Positions 8,994-16,282 of a stretch of DNA of 23,087 nucleotides are shown piece after piece. The notes under the pieces were generated by a model, which searched no databases, was not told where the DNA came from, and worked only from the letters and a program-made list of their open reading frames with translations. Origin of the DNA: an uncultured archaeon (GTDB lineage Archaea; Asgardarchaeota; Thorarchaeia; Thorarchaeales; Thorarchaeaceae); NCBI GenBank assembly GCA_964473825.1, contig CAYYQL010000038.1, forward strand, positions 1-23,087, written 5' to 3'. Each line of letters opens with the position of its first letter. Within the stretch, counting starts at the first letter, position 1. The position numbers were made by a program, and so were the translations under genes.

Positions 8994-9002
8994 TTTTTAT
9001 AA
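8994..9002 (+). promoter_or_regulatory. Putative archaeal TATA box of radA
   Basis: TTTTTATAA ending 35 bp before ATG 9037 in an intergenic region. Confidence 0.45.
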
Positions 9003-9036
9003 GATACAGAGTAACTCAACACTAATAACGTGCTTC

Positions 9037-10095
9037 ATGAGAGATGGACACGTCAACTCAAGACTGAGGGAGGTCAGAAAAATTTCACCCGACGATAATG
9101 AAGATGTAGACTATGAAGAATTCGAGGAAGAGGAAGAGGACTTCGAAGAGGATGAAGAGGATATCGAAGTTCAGGATCTGCCCGGAGTAGGTCCGGCAAT
9201 CAGCAAGCGGTTGGCTGAGGCAGGGTACAAGAGTGTTGAGGCTATAGCCGTAGCCTCTCCCAGTGAGTTAGCTGCCGCGGGTTCAATTGGCGAAACCACT
9301 GCAACGAAGATTATCAAGGCTGCTCGGGAGATGCTTGATATCGGCTTTGAAACAGCAGACCTTCTGCTGGAGCGCAGACACAACGCAGGGAGAATCACGA
9401 CCGGCTCAAAAGCCATCGATGAGCTCTTTGGTGGTGGGGTGGAAACACAAAGCATAACTGAGATGTATGGTTCGTTTCGTTCGGGCAAGACACAGATGGC
9501 CCATCAGCTGGCGATAAATGTACAAATGCCCCCGGGTGAGGGCGGACTGGGCGCCACTGCAATCTATGTCGACACAGAAGGCACTTTTCGCCCTGAACGT
9601 CTTGTGGATATGGCAGAGCCCCTCGGACTCGATCCGGAAAAGGTCCTGAAGAATGTTGTCTGGGCCCGCGCGTACAACTCTGATCATCAGATACTCCTGT
9701 GCGACCAAGCCATGGAAATGGCTCCAGAGAAGAATGCCAAACTCCTAGTTCTTGACTCGGTGACCAGTCACTTCCGTGCTGAGTACACCGGCCGAGGAAC
9801 CCTTGCAGCTCGACAACAGAAACTCAACAAACACCTACACCATCTACAACGGGGTGCCGAAGTCAACAATATGGCTGTCTACATCACCAATCAGGTCATG
9901 TCGCGACCCGACGCTTTCTTTGGGGATCCAACTGCACCTGTCGGTGGCCATGTTCTCGCGCATGTACCCCAGACAAGGTGCTATCTCAGAAAATCAAAGG
10001 GTGAGAGGCGCATCTGCAGATTAGTGGACTCACCAAACCTTCCCGAAGGAGAAGCAGTCTTTACAATCACAAAGAATGGAATTGGCGATGTGTAA
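9037..10095 (+). CDS. radA: DNA repair and recombination protein RadA (Rad51/Dmc1 family)
   Basis: N-terminal HhH domain DLPGVGP, polymerisation motif GFETA, Walker [21 protein letters not shown], Walker [37 protein letters not shown]; start uncertain (see findings). Confidence 0.97.
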   Translation: MRDGHVNSRLREVRKISPDDNEDVDYEEFEEEEEDFEEDEEDIEVQDLPGVGPAISKRLAEAGYKSVEAIAVASPSELAAAGSIGETTATKIIKAAREMLDIGFETADLLLERRHNAGRITTGSKAIDELFGGGVETQSITEMYGSFRSGKTQMAHQLAINVQMPPGEGGLGATAIYVDTEGTFRPERLVDMAEPLGLDPEKVLKNVVWARAYNSDHQILLCDQAMEMAPEKNAKLLVLDSVTSHFRAEYTGRGTLAARQQKLNKHLHHLQRGAEVNNMAVYITNQVMSRPDAFFGDPTAPVGGHVLAHVPQTRCYLRKSKGERRICRLVDSPNLPEGEAVFTITKNGIGDV

Positions 10096-10098
10096 CTG

Positions 10099-10124
10099 GA
10101 TCCGCCTCAGATGAGGGGCGGGTC
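10099..10124 (+). terminator. GC-rich hairpin between convergent radA and GGR genes (possible terminator or 3'-stabilising stem)
   Basis: GATCCGCCTC-AGATGA-GGGGCGGGTC: 10-bp stem with two G-U pairs on the + transcript, 3 nt after the radA stop. Confidence 0.4.
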
Positions 10125-10134
10125 TTGTCCCTGG

Positions 10135-11487
10135 CTATGAGAAGTCTGCCTGCTCAATTATACCTAAGACTTGCTCATTCCATTTCTCAAGTCCGTCTGG
10201 CCTTAATGGGTAGTTCTCGTAAAGAATCCCTATTTTCTTCATGAGGCTTGCTGCTCTCTGAATCTTTATGAGAAGTCGGATGTTCTTCATTCCCCTTCTG
10301 AATCGTTTGAGTTTCTCCGATAGACCCATTGAGAATCCTTCTCCCCTGTTGGCGTTCATCAAGTCTTCAGCCTCAAGTAGACGCTTCTCAAAGCCGAAAT
10401 CCATCTCTTCATCCGAAACTTGCTGTAAAAGCCTTCTGAATATCTCTAGCGATGCCAACCTACTTCCAAAGTCAGAGAGATACCTTGTATTGTACGTCCA
10501 GAGTCCTTTTGCAGTTGGTTTTCTTCCTGCAATCGCCTCTTTCGCTACTTCTCCCAGTATGGTCCCGGCTCTCATCCCAGCTCCAATGCCGCCTCCATGA
10601 ATGGGGTTGGTCTGCAGCGCCGCGTCGCCGACGAACGCTACGCCATCACCGACAAGACTCATCATCGGGCGTCTCACGGGAACTGCTCCACCGGAACTCT
10701 CCAACACTTCACTTTCGTTAAACAACGGATATTCCTTCTTGAATTCCAAGAAATGGGACTTGGGTGAACCCCTTCCCTTGCCTCCACAAACTCCAACACC
10801 GACGTTGACTTGCTCGACGCCCTTGGGAAACATCCAAGCATAACCTCCGGGCGCAATGCTCCCTCCGAGGAATACTCGCGCAACTTCTGGCTCTCGAAGA
10901 GGTCCACTCAGCTTCAGTATCTCCCTGTAACAGAGGGCTACATCCTCTTTGTCTATCTCCTTCTCTATGTACGGATGGTCAATCTTGTTGCGGAGGACCC
11001 CAGCAAAGCCACTTGCATCAACTACAAGCTTCGAATACACTCTGTGGTCTTCTCTTGTGTTCAGGTCTCGGTATGCAATCCCCACCACTTGTTCAGATCT
11101 CAGTATTGGTTCTTTGACATGGCAATCAGGATAGAAGTATACTCCGGCTAGTATTGCCTCTTGAAGCAATCTTTGGCCAAACTTCCATCTGTCAACTGTC
11201 CATCCGTCGAAGTCCTTCCATCCCCGAACCCGCAGTTCATTAGACAGACTGGGGGGATATACATCTGCCCCTGCTATCACCGTGGATATCTCATCTCCGC
11301 CTGGATAGTCGATACCTGTGGCCTCAAAATGGGATTTGCTTATCTCATCTCCACAGACCTTTGATCCAACTTGCTCTCGTGGTTTTCTGTCAAGCATGAG
11401 TGTTCTAAGACCCATCTCACAACACCTACGAGCTGTGACGCAACCTGCAGAGCCTGCTCCAACAACAACGACATCTGGATGCTTCAA
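10135..11487 (-). CDS. Geranylgeranyl reductase family flavoprotein (digeranylgeranylglycerophospholipid reductase-like)
   Basis: DVVVVGAGSAG, KVCGD, VVDASG, APGGYAWMFPKG, VNVGVG, GGAVP, VGDAA, NPIHGGGI; TTG start. Confidence 0.88.
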   Translation of the reverse strand: MKHPDVVVVGAGSAGCVTARRCCEMGLRTLMLDRKPREQVGSKVCGDEISKSHFEATGIDYPGGDEISTVIAGADVYPPSLSNELRVRGWKDFDGWTVDRWKFGQRLLQEAILAGVYFYPDCHVKEPILRSEQVVGIAYRDLNTREDHRVYSKLVVDASGFAGVLRNKIDHPYIEKEIDKEDVALCYREILKLSGPLREPEVARVFLGGSIAPGGYAWMFPKGVEQVNVGVGVCGGKGRGSPKSHFLEFKKEYPLFNESEVLESSGGAVPVRRPMMSLVGDGVAFVGDAALQTNPIHGGGIGAGMRAGTILGEVAKEAIAGRKPTAKGLWTYNTRYLSDFGSRLASLEIFRRLLQQVSDEEMDFGFEKRLLEAEDLMNANRGEGFSMGLSEKLKRFRRGMKNIRLLIKIQRAASLMKKIGILYENYPLRPDGLEKWNEQVLGIIEQADFS

Positions 11488-11656
11488 TTTTAGTCACGAG
11501 TGCAGTAGTTGCCGTAGATATAAATCCGACTTCTTAGATTGCCTCCTTCTCTCCCATCTTGATCGATGTATGTCCTCTCTTGGGTGAGAGATAGCTGACA
11601 GTTAACCTGACTCCTGCACAAGTGTTATCAAGGCTTTTAGGTCCGGGCCAAATCGG

Positions 11657-12964
11657 TTGAGTATGGCTAATCTCGTTATCCTCGGTCTCCAATGGGGTGA
11701 TGAAGGAAAAGGGAAGATTGTGGACTATCTGTCCGCAGGATTTGACATCATTGTTAGATTCCAAGGGGGGAATAATGCAGGCCATACTGTCAAGATTGGA
11801 GATAACACATACCGACTCAGGTTGATTCCAACCGGTGCTGTACGGGGAAAGAGAGTTGTCATCGGAAATGGTGTGGTTGTGGACCCGCGCACGTTGGTAG
11901 ATGAGATATCTGACCTCAAGAACGCAGGTATCACTGTTGATCTCCTATTGAGTAACAGGGCGCACATAACCACTCCTTACCATGTCAAGATTGACGAGCT
12001 TCAGGAGATCGAGAAGGGGGAAACCCAGATTGGTACAACGAAGAGAGGCATTGGTCCAACATATTCGAACAAGATAGACAGAGTCGGTCTGAGAGTTGCC
12101 GATTTCTTGACCGAATCCGCGGAGTCAGTTGACAGATTTCGAGAAATGACATCGGCGAAGGTCGCTGCTCTCTTCGGCATCGAGCCGACAGACGAGCTCA
12201 AAAATGAGTATGAGCTGTGCTATACACTTGTGCGATCTCTTGAACCGCATATTGGCGACACCGGTGAGTACCTGAGAGCGGCGATACAGAGAGGCGAACG
12301 TATGCTTTTCGAGGGCGCTCAGGGAGCCATGCTAGACATAGATCACGGAACCTACCCATTTGTGACATCTTCCAACTGCAGCGTTGGGGGTGTTTCAACA
12401 GGAACTGGAGTTCCCGTATCTCAAGTTGGTTCTGTTCTTGGAGTCACGAAGGCATATGTTACGAGGGTGGGAACCGGCCCCTTTCCCACTGAATTACACG
12501 ACAGTGTTGGTAAGACTATCCAAGCACGAGGGAACGAATTCGGTACAGTCACAGGCAGACCAAGGCGGTGCGGCTGGCTTGACTTGGTTGCCCTACGATA
12601 TGCAGTAGCGCTGAATGACGCACGCCATCTTGCAATCACCAAGATAGACGTGCTTTCTGGCCTCTCAAAGCTTAAAGTCTGCACAGGCTACGAATTGAAC
12701 GGTTCCGAGACCTCATCCATTCCTGCACATGCAGACGACTACGAATTAGTAGAACCCATCTATGAAGAAGTGAAAGGGTGGGCTGCTCCCGACGAAGGGG
12801 ACTGGACCAAGGTCTTGGAATGCGGGCCTGATTCTCTGCCAGCCAATCTCCCAGAGTATGTAGAGCTGATCGAGAGATTCACCAAGTCAGAAGTGAAACT
12901 GCTCTCATTTGGACCTAAGCGAGAAGAGACCTTGGTCTTGGATGAGAAATGGTTTCAAGGCTAG
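11657..12964 (+). CDS. purA: Adenylosuccinate synthetase
   Basis: GLQWGDEGKGK, RFQGGNNAGHT, IGTTKRGIGP, FEGAQG, DHGTYPFVTSS, KAYVTRVGTGPFPTE, EFGTVTGRPRRCGWLD; start is TTG 11657 or ATG 11663. Confidence 0.97.
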   Translation: MSMANLVILGLQWGDEGKGKIVDYLSAGFDIIVRFQGGNNAGHTVKIGDNTYRLRLIPTGAVRGKRVVIGNGVVVDPRTLVDEISDLKNAGITVDLLLSNRAHITTPYHVKIDELQEIEKGETQIGTTKRGIGPTYSNKIDRVGLRVADFLTESAESVDRFREMTSAKVAALFGIEPTDELKNEYELCYTLVRSLEPHIGDTGEYLRAAIQRGERMLFEGAQGAMLDIDHGTYPFVTSSNCSVGGVSTGTGVPVSQVGSVLGVTKAYVTRVGTGPFPTELHDSVGKTIQARGNEFGTVTGRPRRCGWLDLVALRYAVALNDARHLAITKIDVLSGLSKLKVCTGYELNGSETSSIPAHADDYELVEPIYEEVKGWAAPDEGDWTKVLECGPDSLPANLPEYVELIERFTKSEVKLLSFGPKREETLVLDEKWFQG

Positions 12965-13506
12965 ATGTGTTTGAACTCAATTATCACTATTGACAGGATG
13001 ACTATCAGTACTATCAGAAGCAGGATTGGAGGCATCCAGTTGAGAAAGAGCTCGAAGTATCCAACAATCGTTGATGGGTCAAGTGCGATAACAACGAGGT
13101 GGGCATAGATCAAAAGGAACCCATAGACTGCAAATATGGGGTAGAATACTGGACCGCCGCTTATGACTAGAAGCAGAACAATGAGTGCTAGACGACTCTT
13201 GGTTGGGTCAAGAAGTGAGACCGGTATTGTTTCATCATCATCGAACTGGAAGTAGTAGCTCGGAAGAAATGTTGGTTTCCGAACCCGTAGTAGTTCGAGT
13301 ATCTGTACTCCTAGTTGCACTGATAGGAGTACTAAAGTATGCACAAGCATATAGCCCAAGATCAAAGCATTGAGTATCGGCAAGTCCTCTTGGAAGATTT
13401 GAAAGCTGTCAACAACACTAACAAGAACGCAGAAGTTGATGGCAAAGAGGGCCAAATGTCCGAACACACCTCTGATTAACTGGGCCCTTTCTGGCATTGC
13501 AATCAA
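12961..13506 (-). CDS. Hypothetical multi-pass membrane protein (about 4-5 TM)
   Basis: 181 aa with several long hydrophobic segments and one polar loop (RKPTFLPSYYFQFDDDETIP); 17 bp downstream of the Rab-like gene on the same strand; ATG 13497 is an alternative start. Confidence 0.75.
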   Translation of the reverse strand: MIAMPERAQLIRGVFGHLALFAINFCVLVSVVDSFQIFQEDLPILNALILGYMLVHTLVLLSVQLGVQILELLRVRKPTFLPSYYFQFDDDETIPVSLLDPTKSRLALIVLLLVISGGPVFYPIFAVYGFLLIYAHLVVIALDPSTIVGYFELFLNWMPPILLLIVLIVILSIVIIEFKHI

Positions 13507-13523
13507 TCCGTTTGTCCTTTAAG

Positions 13524-14126
13524 CTAGGTCATTTTGGATGGTTTTCCGGGTGTTATCGATCCTGTCTGCTTCTTCCCGGATTGACGTGCCTGTTTCTGTT
13601 TTTCAATCGCCCTCTGTACAAGGTCTGTAAACAAGTCGTTAACGTTCTCACCAGTCTTGGCTGATGTTTCATAGTGCATGACATCCAGCCATTTCTTGAC
13701 CATCTCTCCGGCCTCAGGAGGCACAAGTCTATCCGGACGGTCTATCTTGTTTGCGACAACCGTTACAACGGCATTAGGGCAGACTGCAATAAACTTGGTG
13801 AACCACTCACCTATGTCCAGGAAGGTCTGAGGACGCGTTACGTCGTATACGATTATCGCCATCGATGCGCCGGCCATGTATCGTCTTCTGAGCTCATTAT
13901 AGGTGGGCTGGCCAGCGAGGTCCCAGAGCACAACACGAGCTGTGATATCGCCGCCATCGGGCATTTCCAGATTCACTGTCTTTAGCGCGAATGTCGTACC
14001 AATGGTCATGATGTAGCGTTCGCTGAAGCTGTCCTCCGTGTATCGCTTGATACAGCTTGTCTTGCCAACAGCCCCATCTCCTAGGGCAACAAGCTTGAAC
14101 ATGTGCGATATCTCTTTTGTGGACAT
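13524..14126 (-). CDS. Ras-superfamily (Rab-like) small GTPase, paralogue 1
   Basis: G1 GDGAVGKT, G2 TIGTTF, G3 WDLAGQ, IVYDVT, G4 NKID, G5 ETSAK; GAGGT SD; basic tail with no C-terminal Cys. Confidence 0.93.
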   Translation of the reverse strand: MSTKEISHMFKLVALGDGAVGKTSCIKRYTEDSFSERYIMTIGTTFALKTVNLEMPDGGDITARVVLWDLAGQPTYNELRRRYMAGASMAIIVYDVTRPQTFLDIGEWFTKFIAVCPNAVVTVVANKIDRPDRLVPPEAGEMVKKWLDVMHYETSAKTGENVNDLFTDLVQRAIEKQKQARQSGKKQTGSITPGKPSKMT

Positions 14127-14371
14127 CTTGATAACGACCTCTGGTACACTGCCTCGAAAGAAACCATCTGTCCATTTAATGATTCTGGGAATGTCCTCCC
14201 ATCAATGTTTCAAGGTGAATACTGTCTATGTTCACCGGCACACCTCTAAGGAAGTGCTCCAAGAGCGTCCGGTTCGGATGTCACCTTCTTGAAGCACGCA
14301 ATAGACACCCTCAAAGCTTTTTTCTACTAGGTGTGTATGTCTGATATGACGATTATAGCAGGTGAAGTCCT

Positions 14372-15118
14372 ATGGCAGAGCAGTTTCTGAACAAACTGAA
14401 TGAGATCGAGAAGAGCATAGACTCTCTTGGTGATACCCTGAAACGCATGATTACGATTCTCTCGACACTCAACGAGATCAAGTCGGAGGTTCGGGTCTCG
14501 AAGGAGGAAATCATCAATCGGATGCAGCAGATGTCGTCTCAGCCTGCAGATACCACCGCCGGAGAAGCGACTCAGAAGTTGACTGCTGAAGTTCAGTCTG
14601 TGAAAGAGGAGCTGATTTCTGCTATCTCTGCAATGGGGGCTTCACAGTCGGGCGTATCACGGGACGAAGTAAACGAGATAGTCAAGTCCGAGATTGATGA
14701 GTTGGGCAAGTTCATCATCGAAAGCATCGAAGACATGAAAGAAGACTTGATTGTGGCACTGAAGTCAGCTCCTACGGCGGTTGCAGCACCACGAGTAGCA
14801 GAAGTTCAGGGAGAAACAACTCCCGTGGCCTCTGACGCGACTCTTGCTCCTGACCGTGCAATGAAGATTGCTGATCAGCTCCAGGTGATCTTGGATTCGC
14901 TCAAGATGGGATGTGTCGCGGGGGACGTTCTGGAGACCATGAATGAGGCCAAGTCCAACATCATGAGTATCGTACCGAGCGACCCAATCATGGTGAAAAT
15001 CGACAAGTGGGCTGGTGTTGTAAAGGCATATTCAAAGAGGCACGAGCTGCAGGCACGTGACATCCTGAAATTGAAAAAGGACTTGCGTGAAGAGATTTCG
15101 AAGTATAGACCTGCCTAG
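14372..15118 (+). CDS. Coiled-coil protein with a C-terminal Vps28-CTD-like four-helix bundle (tentative)
   Basis: AGGTGA SD; helical N-terminal 130 aa, Ala/Pro/Thr linker, and a C-terminal 85 aa with LDSLKMxxxAxDxL...KIxxW...S...L...IxxLxxDL resembling the Vps28 CTD as I recall it. The CDS is secure; the domain call is by eye. Confidence 0.6.
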   Translation: MAEQFLNKLNEIEKSIDSLGDTLKRMITILSTLNEIKSEVRVSKEEIINRMQQMSSQPADTTAGEATQKLTAEVQSVKEELISAISAMGASQSGVSRDEVNEIVKSEIDELGKFIIESIEDMKEDLIVALKSAPTAVAAPRVAEVQGETTPVASDATLAPDRAMKIADQLQVILDSLKMGCVAGDVLETMNEAKSNIMSIVPSDPIMVKIDKWAGVVKAYSKRHELQARDILKLKKDLREEISKYRPA

Positions 15119-15519
15119 TCTTCAGAGGCTCCCCCTGCAATCATCTTCATAGTTGCAAGTACACGGATCAAGTCTGTTGTAGTGACCATTCCTATCGTCT
15201 GATTACCATCTACAACAGGGATGTGTTTCTTCCCTGTTCTATCCATAAGGGCGATGGCCTGCCAGAGGTCTGCGCTGGGGGATATGCTGACTACTTCAGT
15301 TGTCATGATGTCACCCAGTCTGAGCCCCTCGTAGGCTTCCGGAGAGAGTAGTTGTGCAGAGATGAGATCTCTCTGGGTCACAATGCCCACCATGGTATCT
15401 CCCTTGGTGATAACGAGACTGCCGATGTCTTCAGCAGCCATGAGCTTGGCAGCATCCGACACATGCATCGATATATCTGAAGTCACCAGAATTGATGTCA
15501 TGAACTCTCTCACTTGCAT
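15115..15519 (-). CDS. Stand-alone CBS-pair (Bateman) domain protein
   Basis: VREFMT...AAKLM...IGSLVI...VGIVTQRDL and LGDIMT...AIALM...HIPVVD...IGMVTTTDL; GGAG SD. Confidence 0.92.
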   Translation of the reverse strand: MQVREFMTSILVTSDISMHVSDAAKLMAAEDIGSLVITKGDTMVGIVTQRDLISAQLLSPEAYEGLRLGDIMTTEVVSISPSADLWQAIALMDRTGKKHIPVVDGNQTIGMVTTTDLIRVLATMKMIAGGASED

Positions 15520-15553
15520 CGTCTATGTGCTCCTGTCCGTAGAACTACCGCGG

Positions 15554-16162
15554 CTACATCTCAGTATCACGTTGCTCTTCTAACTTCTTCTCCAGAATCA
15601 AAGTGCCTATCGCTTGAAACACATCTGCCACGGCCGTTCCAGTCTTAGCTGATGTTTCGTAATAGGGTGCTTGGAACCAGTTTCTTAGCATGTGTCCTGG
15701 TTCAATTGGTACCATCCTCTCATCCTTAAGATCTATCTTGTTGGCTGCCAATACTACTTCTGCATCTGGACAAGTCTCTCTGAATGACTCAAACCAGTTG
15801 TTCATGGCCATGAATGTTTCAGGCCTGGTGACATCATAGACAATAATCGCGCCTGCGGCTCCCTTCATGAACTGTCTTCGGAGTTCTCTGTATGTTTCTT
15901 GCCCTGCCATGTCCCAGATTACAAGACGCACATTTCTGGTTTCTCCATCTTCTGATGTGACGGATACATCTCTGCTGGCAAAGGTTGTGCCTATGGTCTG
16001 TTTATACTCTTCATCGAAGACATTCTCAGTGAAACGTCTTAAGACGGAGGTCTTGCCGACCCTTGCATCACCTAGAAGTACAACTCGGAACTTGAATCCA
16101 TCGAAACTTCCACCATCCTCAGTGGGGCTTCTGCTGGTAGAGCTGGAATTCCCTGATGTCAT
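15554..16162 (-). CDS. Ras-superfamily (Rab-like) small GTPase, paralogue 2
   Basis: G1 GDARVGKT, G2 TIGTTF, G3 WDMAGQ, IVYDVT, G4 NKID, G5 ETSAK; GAGGTG SD; Ser-rich N-terminal extension; no prenylation Cys. Confidence 0.93.
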   Translation of the reverse strand: MTSGNSSSTSRSPTEDGGSFDGFKFRVVLLGDARVGKTSVLRRFTENVFDEEYKQTIGTTFASRDVSVTSEDGETRNVRLVIWDMAGQETYRELRRQFMKGAAGAIIVYDVTRPETFMAMNNWFESFRETCPDAEVVLAANKIDLKDERMVPIEPGHMLRNWFQAPYYETSAKTGTAVADVFQAIGTLILEKKLEEQRDTEM

Positions 16163-16282
16163 CCGTTTGCACCTCTGCTGGTTGGCTCGTTATCTCCGCT
16201 TACCCATATTCGAAAAGGATGACTATCTTATATGTTTTCTTCGCAGTTTCTACCGCCACACGTTGGGCTCACCAATTGCGGG

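Noticed and set aside
14209-14293. tRNA gene (contains GGTTCG)
   Set aside because: There is no 7-bp acceptor stem, D-loop or proper T-arm geometry.
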